NCBI GenBank assembly: GCA_013239625.1
Contig: MU054187.1
Span: 22,261,280 to 22,325,279, forward strand
Source of the DNA: Lama guanicoe
Taxonomy: Eukaryota
Length of the DNA: 64,000 nucleotides
Reading direction: 5' to 3'
Shown: positions 1 through 12,704 of the stretch, piece by piece
Layout: every line of letters begins with the position of its first letter
Position numbering within the stretch: position 1 is the stretch's first letter
The notes under the pieces: model-generated
Databases searched by the model: none
Told to the model about the DNA's origin: nothing
The model's input: the letters and a program-made list of their open reading frames with translations, nothing else
Position numbers and translations under genes: made by a program

Positions 1-228
1 CTTGCGTCCCTTCCCTCCAAAAGGAAGATGTTTTGCCCCAAATAATCCTTTCTTTTCTCGTATTAATGACTTCCTTGTCCCACCATCCTTTCCATAAAAC
101 CCTACTGTCTTGTACCGCTTCTGGGAGCCCCCTTCAGGCTGCTGGATGGGATGCTTCCAGGTTCATGAATTGTTGAATGAAACCAATTATACCTTCAGAG
201 TTACTCAGCTGAATCGCGTTTTCTGACA
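1..228 (+). mobile_element. 3' part of an ERV-type LTR, cut by the window edge
   Basis: LTR-like layout: cataaaa box, then catgaattgttgaatgaaaccaatta (degenerate polyA region), ending ...ctgaCA at 228. Confidence 0.6.
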
Positions 229-997
229 GGTAAGTCAAATGAAAAGATGTCTGCCATAATGTTATGGTGACCTCTTGTGGTTCAAAACCAAAATGACCTT
301 TTGAAAAATTAAGTGTTAAACTCCAAAGCAAATAGCTTGGAGTTTCAGTAACCGCTTTCAGTGTTCCCCCAAGTTATGGGCAGTGGCTGTCTCTTAGGAG
401 TGTACTAGAGGGACATTCATCTCACCTATTTCTGTAATGGTTAAAACTCTTTGCAAAAAGGATGCATTGCTCTAGTGAGCAGAAAACAATAAAGACTGAA
501 CAAGATGTAAGGGGAAAAAAAATCAACTTTCTCAGGTAGATGTTCACTCCTCTGCTAGACAGAATATAGAATTTTGACTAAAGTAAGTGAGGGCCCTTCA
601 TCTTTTAAAATAAACAGAGTTTTGAACTTTTTACCTTTGCTTTATAGCTATTCTTACATAAATATTTTATCTAAATATTAGGAGTGGTGACCAGTTTCTG
701 TACTTTTCTAATCGGATTAAAATTTTTGCCCTAGAACAGATTTTGTAATAAGAAACTACATAAGGTCGCCGAACAATAAGATGTTATGAAGGGAGACAAG
801 TACTATATCTGGTCCAGGCTTAACATTCTATCATTTTAAAGAAACATTGGAACTTGTCTCTACATGTAAATATAAAATATGACAACTTGAAAGTTTTTTG
901 CACACACACAAAATCCTCTCCCTTTTGAGCATGTCGACATTCAGGGCTAGTTCTAAGCAAAACTATGAAGATTTTGTGTTGTGCTGTACAAGTTTAA

Positions 998-1890
998 CAA
1001 CTGGTTCTCAATCCAAAATATGTGTATGTGTTTATCATAAATTGTATTGATATAAAATTAAGAATAAAGAATGTATATCACTCAATTTACAAATAACAAT
1101 AAAATAATACTCTTGATTGTAAACTCCATATAGTCCGTTGATTTTCACAGTATGCTTTTGAGACAGGAGGGAAGGGGGCAGGGCACAGCCATTGAAGGAA
1201 TGACACAGCCACTGAGGACAGGACCAACTGGTTGGAACCAAGATGGCAGAAGATTCCACTTCCAGTAGACCTTGAGCCTCATGGTGCTCCCACAGGTACC
1301 ATGAGGGTTCCTAGGCTGACCATAAAAGGTCAAAAAGTGGGCAGGGCCCAATTCCTGGAAGTACCCACCCCTTTCCCAAAATAGTTGGAATAATCCTCCT
1401 ATTCATTAGCATATGAAATTACCAAGTCCATAAAAACGAACTACCCTGCACCTCGTGGTTGCTCTCTTTTGCCTTCTGAGATGGCCCTGAATTCTGTCTA
1501 TGGAGTGTTTATCTGCTTTTAGTTTAAACTAAACACCCCCACACCTCTCGGTCTCTCTCCTTCTCACCTTTCTGAGATGGCCCACGGTCTGCTTATGCAG
1601 TGTGCATCTTCTAAGCCATTCTACCTGCTGAGTGTGTTGGACCACACTCTGTCTGTGGAATGTGTATCTCCCTAAGTCAACTTGCTTTCGTTTTACCACG
1701 TCTTGCTCTTGAATTCTTTCCTGCACAAGGCAAGAACCTAATCTCCGGCAACACTTTCACTCATCTGTATTCATTTCTAGTATCTGTAGTCAATCTACGG
1801 CTGCAGTTGACAAACAAGTGTAGTTCCAATACACTCACCATGATCCACTTTAAGCTACCATTGCAACATCATTCAACCCAGCGTTGAGAA
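998..1890. mobile_element. hAT-type DNA transposon fossil interrupted by the solo LTR at 1159-1753
   Basis: Degenerate terminal inverted repeats caactggttctcaa (~998) and ttgagaagagatg (~1885), split by the LTR. Confidence 0.45.
1159..1753 (+). mobile_element. Solo ERV1-like LTR
   Basis: TG...CA termini (TGAGACAGG...GGCAACA), a perfect 4-bp TSD CTTT (1155-1158 and 1754-1757), a cataaaaa box near 1429 and internal repeated units in the R/U5 region. Confidence 0.85.
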
Positions 1891-2999
1891 GAGATGCATG
1901 ATAGTGCACTGTTACGTGAAGCATCTACTATATACATACAACAGACATAAAGAAACTCACGTGAATAAATAATAGTAAAATGATTAGGAAGCAAGGGGTT
2001 TGTTTTAGTAATTAATCTAATTGTAAATTTGCATTAAATTGAACTGTATAAACTGCTGATCTGCAATGCACTTTTAATCCACAAAAGTGGTAAGTTCGTT
2101 ATGATTCAACCAAAAATGTACCCCAGGAGTTTGGGTATGTTGTTTGGAGGTTTCAGTTGAAATTTGAGTTTTGAGCCTGAGTCTGTAATTGGGGGTGGCG
2201 GGTGGATAATGATAAAGATAATGATAAGAACCTTTACTGTGTGTTGAATACTTTCAAAGTGTTGGGCACTGTGCTGAAAACCTGGTTCTCTGTGATTTTC
2301 AGCAACTGAAACAGAATTTACATTGACTCCATCTTATTTAGCTTCTCCCAGTTTGGAAATACTGAGAAAGAGACTGGAGGATTTCTGACACTTTAGTTAA
2401 GAATTTGACACAATATGTATGAAAGTGAAATACTATATATGTAAAATCATGTTGGGAATATTTGATACAATTTTTGAACTAAGTATTGGGGAGAACCAGC
2501 ACTCCTTTTGGTTGTGTGACACAACAGTTAAGTCCTGGCTTAATTACACTGTGCATTTTGTTTTGCCTCATGGCTTCTGAGAGCTGGCCCTTTATTTGTG
2601 ATTTGGGTAATAATACTATCAGGGCAGATTCTCATCTGAGCAACATAAGATTCAAATGGTAAAAACAAAATGCAGAGTGCCTTATTAAAGGGTCGGATTT
2701 TGCAAGGTGCTTATTATTTGCTTGTTATTGTAGAATCACAACACTGTGTCTGTTCTCAGGATTGTTCTCTGGTCTCTGCCCCAAGTGGGGGGTGGGGAGG
2801 GGACCAGCTACCCGTCTTTGGCCACGTTCCGGCATTACTGGCCATGTGTCTCACAAACACCAGTTCTGCTTCATTAGCTTCTCGGGGTTCTTCAAACTGC
2901 CTGCTCGCCTTTACAGAAGTTAATTTTTTTTAAAGCCCTCTCTTTCTTCCTACTAATAGTCCTCAAGACATTTAGGACAAATGTAATTTACAGTTGAAA

Positions 3000-3346
3000 G
3001 CTCACAAGGTCAGATGGGGGAGGGATGTTTTCAAACCTTTCAGGGGCAGCACAGCTGGGGAGGGGCCAGCTGCTCTGGGAGGGGGAGGGCAGAGCCCTGA
3101 CCCCCCCCTCCCTGCAGGGGGTTGCTTCCTGGGTTCACCCGGGTTATCTAGCTGATTCACTGTTGATGGAAAAACAGGGCTGGGCACGCTGTGTGGACAG
3201 TCACTGAAGGCGGAGGAAACTAGTCTTGAAAACCCTGACAATCAGCTGAGAGAGAACTCCTGATCGCTGCTGGCACTGTTTCCAGACGGGGCCAGTCTTC
3301 GAGGTGACCGGGACGCCGAGCTGCTTCAGCAGTGGTCGCGTCCCCC
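3000..3346 (+). promoter_or_regulatory. Proximal promoter and 5'UTR of ATP6V0D2
   Basis: GC-enriched, repeat-free sequence just upstream of the ATG. Contains GGAAA (NFAT/ETS-like) cores near 3168 and 3216, CTTCCT near 3125 and TGATTCA at 3153. No clear TATA box. TSS not determinable. Confidence 0.6.
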
Positions 3347-3476
3347 ATGCTTGAGGGTGCCGAGCTCTGCTTTAACGTGGACCATGGCTACCTGGAGGGC
3401 CTGGTGCGGGGGTGCAAAGCCGGCCTCCTGACCCAGCAGGACTACGTCAACCTGGTCCAGTGTGAGACCCTGGAAG
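3347..3476 (+). CDS. ATP6V0D2: ATP6V0D2 coding exon 1 (130 nt), V-type proton ATPase subunit d2 N-terminus
   Basis: ATG at 3347 reads [43 protein letters not shown], matching the d2 N-terminus as I recall it. Donor GAAG|gtaagt at 3477. Confidence 0.98.
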
Positions 3477-4219
3477 GTAAGTGCTGCTCTTCTCATCATT
3501 TCAAAAGAGAAAAAGGGCTTGATGCCACCTGCTGGAGTGTGGACCAGGGGCTGTGTTCTCCCGGACTGAGTCCAGGGCGGGCTCCTATTCCCAGGGTCCT
3601 GATTTCAGGGGTCTACAAACACGGATGAGGGGAAAAAAAGTTACATCTCCATTTTCAATATTCTCTAAGTGAAATTTAGCATTTCCCCTTATTATGAATA
3701 TAGGCAGTGCATCACGGTGGTTAGCACTTTGTTACCAATAAAAATTCAATATTTTCATTTTCAATGATTTCCTGTATTCCTTTGTATGTACTTTCATTCT
3801 ACATATTTATAAATACTATTTTGAGAAGGAATTCACCATAGTGTCCAAGGATCTATGGCCAAAAACAAAAACCTTGGTCTGGAGAATTTTATTCTATCCC
3901 GTTTCTCAGTGTCTATTAATATAAGAATATATACTTGAGGTTTGTCTTTAATGAAGTTTAAGATAAAAACCAAGAGACCAGGAGACAGGCATGTGGGGAG
4001 GCCATCCCTGGATTCAAAACTTCTGACTTTGACCTCTGCCGGGTGTAGGTAGGTAACCAGGGGCTCAAAGCCTCCAAGCCTCAGATTCCTTATTTGTAAA
4101 GTGTGGTTAGTAACTCCTGCTTTGCTGGGTTACTTGGATGAATAAACGGGGCAATACATGAGAGAATGTGTTAAGAACTGAAGCACTCTGCAAATGGAAA
4201 TTACCCTTTAAAAAGAAAA

Positions 4220-4490
4220 ACCACTTTGTTGAGGTGTAATGGACATACGAAAAGCTGTATGTATTTAATGTATACAAATTGATGAGTTTAGAGATAAATA
4301 TACATCCATGAAATCATCATCACAATCTGTGCCATAAACCCATCCATCACCTCCAAAGGTTTCCTCTTGCCCCATATTATTAATAATTGTGTGTGTATGT
4401 GAACTGTAGTCCCACAGTAGATCTCTAGGACGCATTCATCTTGTGTAATCCTTTGACGAATGCCTCCTCACTTCCCCCTTCTCTCTGGGA
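4220..4490 (-). mobile_element. Old L1M-type 3' end fragment
   Basis: ttgttgaggtgtaatggacata...ccatgaaatcatcatcacaat, a typical antisense L1M terminus. Confidence 0.65.
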
Positions 4491-4638
4491 ATTATCTTTA
4501 AGCTACAATATTTTCAATACCTTACCAAAGATTTCACACCTAAAATATAGTTTTTTTTTCATGGTAAAAACGGCTGCACTTGTTTATCTTGAAACATACT
4601 TATAAAATCAATATGTGTCAATAATAAGGTGCTTTAAA

Positions 4639-4851
4639 CTGCTATATGTAAGACAGATATACAACAAATTCCTTCTGTGCAGCACAGGGAGCTATATTCA
4701 GTATCTCGTAGTAACCTATAATGAAAAAGAATATGAAGAAGAATGTAGTCTGCATATGTAGGACTGAAACATTATGCTGTACATCAGAAATGGACACAAC
4801 ATTGTAAACTGACTATACTTCAAATTTTAAAAAAATTTTTATCTTAAAAAA
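4639..4851 (+). mobile_element. Short camelid-type L1 3' end
   Basis: gcacagggagctatattcagtatc...gtaaactgactatacttcaa plus an A-rich tail. Degenerate TSD aataataagRtRctttaaa at 4620 and 4852. Confidence 0.8.
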
Positions 4852-6367
4852 AATAATAAGATACTTTAAAATTTCCAGATTATTCTAGAAAAAGCAAGAA
4901 AGCAGTAAGAATCAAGACTGCCAGGAAGAGTATTAGAAGGCAAAAGCAAAACAAAAAACTTGAAGGTGACTTAACAGGCTTCTTAAGTAAGGCTAAGAGC
5001 CCTGAGGTCTCTTGTTTATGGTTCTGACCAGTTAAAGCCAGAGTTAAGGCAGAACTTCCCAAGTTGGGAGAGACATTCTCCTTTCATCAGCCATGGAAAC
5101 AGCTAGAAAAAAATCTTTTAGGGATAACTAATTCTGTTGGCTACAAATAATTACACAATAATCCCAAATCCTAAATCACTTCAGCATATTTAATTAGGAG
5201 CTTGGTACCTGGAGAATGTTCATCATGGGTAGAAAAATCAGCATAAATTGAGGTAGAAAAAATTAATGAACACAGGGCATACTGAGTGCTTCTGAGAGAA
5301 GTCATTTGAATGAATTCTGAATAGTTCTCAGTCAGCTTTTAAAGGGGCAAAGGAATGCAAACTTAAACACAAACCATAAATAAAATATGTTTATGATACA
5401 AAACAAGATTCAGCCAGCTCACTGAAGAATTCAGAGAGAAACCACCCTCAGCTCCAATGTGGGGGAAAAGGGAAGGTTTCAGACCCTCCTGAAGACCTGA
5501 AGAAAGAACTTTCTGGGAAAATTGCACACAGGTGCATACGTATGGAATTTTACATGTAACATCAGGGGGTCGCGGACACCGGAAGTCACCCTGCACCCCC
5601 GGTAACAAACCCTGCTATATACACCATTGCTTTATTATCATTATGTCTCATGGTTTCTACCATTCTTTCCTCCTTATAATATTTTTTTTTCAACCATTTG
5701 TTTCACAACTACGTTTGAATCTGTTGCCAATCTACTGTTTGGAGACCCCTGGGAGTATCAAATATGAAGCATCAAACTATGGGTTATAATGACTGTTGAG
5801 AAAATCAGTCTAAATAAAGTAAGGGTTTCATGTCCTCAGTTAACAGTCGAGGACACTGAGGCTCAGAACAGTGACTAGTTAATGCGGCTCCTTGTCCGGG
5901 GGGAGTGTACAGGCATCAGCGTCTGTTTTTCCACCAAAACGTCTGCTTCTGAGCGTGAACTGAAGATACACGCATGGGTCCCTGTTGCTCGCAGCTCCGT
6001 GTTGATACAGAAAATAACGTCTGCCTTGCCTGAATTTCATAGAACGTTGGGAAGTAAACCATTTGTGAAAAGCAAAGCAACTGTGGCACGTGTGAGTGCG
6101 CTGAGAAACCCAGCCACCTTCCCAGCTGGCTTAAGAGTGGAAGAGGAGAAATCAAGGACATTCATTGAGATAGAAGTTACGGACTTTTAGGGCTTCTGTT
6201 TACTTGTGCACAAAATATGCACCACACAAATGGTAGGTAAAGAAGAGTGGATAAAACAGGATCAGGATAGCAGTACCATGTGCTGAAGCCGGCACTTTCT
6301 TTAAAGAAAAGCTAACTTGGCAAAGATAAAATTTACCTTTAGTCTTCTTAAATCCTGTAGTCTTTAT

Positions 6368-6470
6368 TAATTTTTTTTTGCTTGTTTGTTTGGAGCTGGG
6401 GAGGGAGGGAGGAGATTTATTCATTTATTTATTTACTTACTTTTTCGTGGAGGTCCTGGGGATTGAACCT
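6368..6470 (-). mobile_element. 5'-truncated Vic-1-type SINE
   Basis: ggaggtcctggggattgaacc (antisense B-box region) preceded by a (TTTA)n and G-rich tail. Confidence 0.7.
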
Positions 6471-6872
6471 GTCCTGGTATTAACAGCTCATTTTAGAAAC
6501 ACTCACTAGGAACACATCGGGTTTCAGGGAAACTTGCAACACAGAAAAATGAAGTCTGTCCAGAAAAGCTTTGAAAAGTCTTAGTATTTATGATTGTGCA
6601 AGTGTGGTCAGAAATACTCATATGCTCCAAAGCCTGACCCTGACTAACCGTCATCTGCATCGGTCACTAGGACCCTCTGTGACTCAGACCTTCCTGGGTA
6701 CAAGAAAGGGAAGCTGGCTCACACGGCCTGTGCCTCTGGTCCTGCTTGGGGGCTGTGTATTCACAAAGAACGTTCTTTAAATGTGCCTTAAAAAAGTTCT
6801 TGAAAAGTGACTTGAACCAGAATAATAATGTTAAAAAGACATAAAATAGTCTTTAAAAGAATTAAGACTTAC

Positions 6873-7375
6873 TTTTTTTTTAATTAAAATTTTTTTTACA
6901 GCAGTGGTAGGTTCCCAGCAAAATTAAGGAGACAGTACGGAGACTTCATCTATAACCCCCATCCCCAAACATGCACAGCGTCCCGTGTTACCAGCATCCC
7001 CCACCAGAGTGGTACCTTTGTTACAATCAGTGAAACCAGCGAGTACATCATAATCACTCAGAGTCCACAGTTTACACCGCAGTCATTCTTGATGTTTCAC
7101 ATTCTGTGGGCTTGAACAAATGTATATAACATGTATCCCCTAAGTATTCTACGTAATACACAGTGTTTTCACTGCCCTTAAATTCCTCTGTGCTCTGCGT
7201 CTTCTCTTTCCCCCTGCCCCCACCCCTGGCACACCCACTGATGTTTTTAGTGTTTGCAGAGTTTTGCGTTTTTCAGAATGTCACACAGTTGGAATCATAC
7301 AGTATGTAGTCTTTTCAGACTGGCTTCTTTCACTTAGCAATATGCATTGGAGGTTCCTTCATATCTTTTCATGGC
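6873..7375 (-). mobile_element. Old L1M 3' end
   Basis: catcataatcactcagagtccacagtttac...gactggcttctttcacttagc, an L1M 3'UTR pattern. Confidence 0.75.
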
Positions 7376-7481
7376 AATACTGCTGTTTCCATCAGATTTA
7401 AAAAAAAATACAAGTAAGAGTGTTGTAAGTATTCTTTTCTCTTTGGAAAAAAAGTAGTAAAATTAATACTTCAGAGTTTTC

Positions 7482-8292
7482 TAAAATGCAAATCAAAACT
7501 ACAATGAGGTATCAGCTCACACCCATCAGGATGGTCATCATTAAAACATCCATAAATGATAAATCCTGAAGAGGGTGTAGAAAAAAGGGAAACTTCCTAC
7601 ACTGTTGGTGGGAATGTAAATTTATGCGCCACTATGGAGAACAGTATGGAGGTTTCTTAAAAATAACTAAAAATAGACTTACCATATGATCCCATTCTTA
7701 GGCATGTATCTGGAGGAAATGCTAATTTGAAAAGATACATGTTCCCTAATATTGATAGCAGCACTATTTACAACAGCCAAGACATAGAAGCAACTTGAAT
7801 GCCCATGTACAGATGACTGGGTAAAGAAGATGTCCTGTATTTATACAATGGAATACTACTCAGCCATTAAAAAGAATAAAACAGTGCCATTTGCAACAAC
7901 ATGGATGGACCTGGAGATCTTTGTACTAAGTGAACTAAGTCAGAAAGACAAATGTCATATGTTATCACTTCTATGTGAAAACTAAAAAAATGACACAAGT
8001 GAATTTTTTTGCAAAACAGAAGCAGATCTGCAGTCCTAGAAAAATCTTACAGTTACCAGAGGGAAGAGGAGGCGGATGGATAAATTGGGAATTTGGAATT
8101 TATAGATGTTGACTACTATATATAAAATAGATAAACAACAAGGTCCTACTGTATAGCACAGGGAACTATATTCAATATCTTGTAATAGCTTATAATGAAA
8201 AAATATGAAAAGGAATATGTATGTATAACTGAATAACTATGCTGTACACCAGAAATTAACACCTTGTAAATCTACTATACTTCAATTAAAAA
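7482..8292 (+). mobile_element. L1 fragment (degenerate ORF2 C-terminus plus camelid-type 3'UTR)
   Basis: aaatgcaaatcaaaactacaatgaggtatca...atggaatactactcagccat...tctactatacttcaattaaaaa. TSD-like taatacttca at ~7464 and ~8293. Confidence 0.9.
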
Positions 8293-8639
8293 TAATACTT
8301 CAAAGCTCTAGAATTTGGTAAGAAATAGCCTTTTCTAAAATATGTGCTGAAAGTGTCCTCAGGCTCTCAGGGTGTGGTGAGTCTTTACCTCGTCCTCTCT
8401 GCCATAATTTTTGGGAAAGGAATGGGAGAAGCTGAGTGCATCTCACTAACAATTACTTCTTTTTCAGGGGACATGACTTTCATTCTTTTCCAACTGGGCC
8501 TTCAAGTGGGAATTAATTCATTTATTAAGCACTTCCTACTTAGAGCCGAGGGAGTCAAGATGAAAAAGATACTGTCCCTGCCCTAAAAGGGCTCCCATTC
8601 TTGAGACTAAAAATATTGGAAAAATAAGAACCCTTCATG

Positions 8640-9110
8640 AGGGCAGTTGGGCCTGAAAATTCTAGATGCATATACACTTGGCCTGGGGTGTCATGTAGCA
8701 TTGTTTGGAATAGGAGAAGATGAAAAACACAAATCAAACGTCCATCCGCAGGGAACTGGTTAAATAAATTATGGAACATTCCCTTAATGGGATATTCTGC
8801 AACTATTAAAGAGAGAAAACATGAGGGTGCTTCTAAGAAGACTACTGATGAAGAAAGATGGTGGAGAGATATTAAATGAGGAAAGCCAGGGGAAGAACTA
8901 TGTAGCATGGTAGATACTCTTTTACTGTAAAAGGCAGATCCATTTTTTTTAAATGTATTTTCTGTATGATTGGATACAGAGAAACTGTGAACGTTTCCAA
9001 ATGCAAATAGTAGTTCCTGGGGCTGGTAATGGGTGGTGGGCGGGAGGAGGTAGGACACCTTTCATTGTTTACCTGGACTTATACCCACTACCTGATATTA
9101 AGCTAAGTAA
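8640..9110 (+). mobile_element. Ancient L1ME-like fragment
   Basis: aaacgtccatccgcagggaactggttaaataaattatggaacat resembles a degenerate L1 ORF2 end. It explains the 167-aa minus-strand ORF. Confidence 0.6.
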
Positions 9111-9399
9111 TTCACATAGAAAGAAGATTTATTTCTGAGGGCTTTCTCCAAGCTCCCTCAGACATCACCTGTACTTCTAATCATAGCATTTATTTCCTTG
9201 TATATTAAAAATGTACATACAATACTGACTTATATTAAAGATGCGTGTCCAATTCTGTCACTTTCCTGTTCAGACATCCTTCAGTGGCTTTCATCAGGCA
9301 GGATAAACTTCACTGAGTTTGAAAGTTCAAAGCTCTGTCCCATCCCTACCTGGTAAGCATTTCCTCAGAACCTTCCTGCCTTTTCTACAGTTATTCCTT

Positions 9400-9522
9400 T
9401 TTTTTTTATTTTGTATTTGTTTGATGGGGGTGATTAAGTAATTATTTATTTTTAGAGGAGGGACTGGGGATTGAACCCACGACCTTGTGCCTGCTAAGCA
9501 CATGCTCTGCCATTCCCCCCAA
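9400..9522 (-). mobile_element. Vic-1-type tRNA-derived SINE
   Basis: Antisense B box ggggattgaaccc. Perfect 14-bp TSD TACAGTTATTCCTT at 9386-9399 and 9523-9536. Confidence 0.9.
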
Positions 9523-11519
9523 TACAGTTATTCCTTCAGTCACAAATTCCATTCTCCATCCTGCTTGCTGGAGAACACCCATCCCTCTTTAAAGTCTCCA
9601 CTTCACAGTCGCTTTCTCTATAAACCCTTTCCTCCTGTCTCCCCATTGGGGTAAAACTGACAAGCCTCAATGTTGTGCTCTGCGATACTTGGTAAGGGAC
9701 CTAGCTCTGTGTGACATTTGCACAGGTATGTCACCATGGGGCAGGACGTTTGTCTCCTTTATCTAGCCCCCTGAATGATCACAGTTAAGGGCTTAACTCC
9801 TGAATGAATAAAATAAATCTGTCGCTTCCCAGATTGTAAGCTTCTCAAGGGCAGAAACTATAAACGTATCTGATGGCAGAGGTGTTAATTAACTAGACAG
9901 GACAGTCCTATCACAATGTAAATGAATATCAAATCACGGTGTACACCTTAAATATCTTACAATTTTATTTGCTGGTTATACCTCAATAAAACTGATTTTT
10001 TTAAGACATTTTTTAAGGGTAGAAACCACACCTTACACCTTTCTGTCTCCTAGCTGCCCAAGCCTAAGGCTGTTTTTTGCCCATAGGAAGAATCAAAAAG
10101 TAGACATTAGCAGTGTCTGCCTGTTTGAGTTGAAGTCCCAGGTCTCCTACTCTCCGGCTCTGGGATGTTAAGCCAGCTGCTTAACTTCTAGCCGTGGTGA
10201 TTTCTTATCTGGTATCTCCCTGGCCTAACTCCCAGTTACTGGGGGAATGAGAAATTTCTGAAGATGTTTTGTAAACTGTAAATCATAAGAATTCCTGGGA
10301 AGTCATAAGAACCTCCCCCCCCGCCCCGAACTGCAGTGTATACACAACACTCCTCTGCTGGACTTTTCTCCCCATTTCTCAGTTATGGTTAATGGTGTTT
10401 GGTGTATGATTCTAAATAGTTGTTTCTGTTCTCCTTCAGCGAGCACTAGTTTATCTTGGACACACTCATTCTATAAATAAATGAAAACAATAAAAATTAT
10501 AAGAAGGGTTTAAGCCTATAGGGAACCACATCTGGAAGGACAGCAGGCTGGGAAAATGCCAGTGAGATGGGGATGGGGGTGGGGAGTAGAGCTGAGATGG
10601 CAAGGTATTCTAGGCCCTCGGGGAGAATTAATGAACTACACATAGAAAAAAAAATAAAATCGGATGGGTGGGAAGGAAAGAAATTTGGCTGCAGTACTAA
10701 AATACCTGGAGATAAGGCAGGAATTTAGGCTGGGAAAATTTTTGAAGGACCTTGAAGGTCTAATTATAGAGCTTCAGAATATTGAATGAGGGCAACAGAC
10801 ATGTCTGAATTGTTAGTCAAATACTTGTAAGCATGGAAAACATGAACAAGTTATTTCCCTGACCCTCAGTTTTTTCATCTATGAAATGGGGATTATTGTT
10901 AAGGTTGAGGGATAATGTATATTAAAAATCATTCTATCAGTGGTAAAACACTCTCCAAATATTATGAAAGTTGCTTTTAATCTGCCTAAAACTCAGTAGC
11001 TCGAAGCTACTTATAAGATCATCATAAGGTCAAAATATTTCTTAGGAAAGATTAAACACTGAGGCATGGAATACATGAAGAGAAGGGAGCCTGGGAGAAT
11101 CTGTCAAGAGATTGCCATGGTGATCTAGGCGCCAGGTGCTCATTCTAAACTAGGGATATAAAGAGTGGAAATCTGAGAAGATATTAAGGAACAAAGCAGG
11201 GGATTTGGGGTTAATAAAACACCAAAGAGGACTTGAAGTTTTATCACCATAAGAAAGGTAGTATGTTAGCAAAACTGGAGGAAGAAGTGTCTGGTTTTAT
11301 AGATATAAATAGATTTATTAAAATCTGAGTAATTAAAAGATATGATGGTAGACTCTAATATATATTTTAAGAAAATTCAGGTTTAGAGAATAAAAATCAA
11401 TGCCTTAACCAATTAAATCAAATTATTTTGGAAGTAGTTGGGTACAAGTGAGATTTATAAAAAGCTCTTCACCCACATCATCTTTCTAAATCCCCACAAC
11501 AACCCAAAAATGTAGATTC

Positions 11520-11887
11520 AAAGGAGAGACAAATATCTATGAAATCTCATATGTGGAATCAAAAAAAAAAAAAAGACACAAATGAACACATTTGCAAACC
11601 AGAAATAGACTCACAAACATGAGAAACAAACTATGATTACCAAAGGGAAAGGGGCAGGGAGGGGTAAATTGGGAGTTTGGGATTAACATATACACCCTAC
11701 TATACATAAGAGATAAACAATAAGGACCTGTATAGCACAGGAAACTATATTAAATAGGACATGGGACTATAGTGGAAAAGAATCTGAAAAAGAATGTGTA
11801 TGTATGTGTATAATTGAATCACCATGCTGTACATATGAAACTGACATAACATTGTAAATCAACTATAAGTCAATTTAAAAAAAAAAA
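11520..11887 (+). mobile_element. Camelid-type L1 3'UTR inserted in a MIR
   Basis: tatgtggaatcaaaaa...acattgtaaatcaactataagtcaatttaaaaaaa. MIR core ccattttgcagatgaggaaactgag follows. Confidence 0.85.
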
Positions 11888-12704
11888 CCTAAAATGTAGC
11901 TTCTATACCCATTTTGCAGATGAGGAAACTGAGTTCAGAAAGATCTGAAGGATAACTTCCCTAAATTCAGCACCAGCAGAGGGTAGGGAAGAGGCAGGGG
12001 AGCTGCTCAGAGCATCCTTTACAGGTACTTCTGAAAGTACTTCTTTGGCATAAGCTACCTGGGAGGTGAAAGGTCTGGACATTCATTTTTATAGAGTCCC
12101 AGCAGGATGCTGCGCAGATAAAAATAATCTGCCTAACAAATTATTAGAGAGGCGGTGACAACCAGATAGTCGTCCTGCCTCATTAGCCATGTGATCTCAG
12201 GTAATTCCCTGAACCCGGTGACTGCAACCCACAGAAGACGTGTTTTTACATTATGACCCATTACGAATGTACACACACATGCAGGCACATGTACATTGAT
12301 GATTCTCTGGGTGATATCCTCTGATATTTGTTCTAACAGCTGAATCTATTTCGCCTATGCTATTGTGTTTGAGACAGATAACGTTGATTTAGTTGGTAGT
12401 GATCTCACAGTTCCTCATTTGAATAAAAAAAAATGCCACTTGCCACACTACTTTGGATGAAAAAGAGTGTAATTTTCCAAAATGTTCTCTGTGGGTGGCT
12501 CCATTGTTTTCTAGTGGCTTGGGAGGTTCTGTACCATACTGTTTCCAAAGAAATCATTCAAATTAATGTGTTCAAGACTTTCAGTTCCTACAGTTAAGAA
12601 GCTTGTTTATTCCAAGTGTATTTGACCACAAAGTGTTATTCATCATAGCTATTTAGATAAGCACTTGGCAAAATGCAAGGAAAAAAATTATGTGATCCTA
12701 TTTT

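Noticed and set aside
3332..3628. 98-aa ORF starting at GTG 3332
   Set aside because: The real start is ATG 3347, and everything after 3476 is intron read-through.
8555..9058. 167-aa minus-strand ORF
   Set aside because: Antisense to an ancient L1 fragment, with no recognisable protein features.
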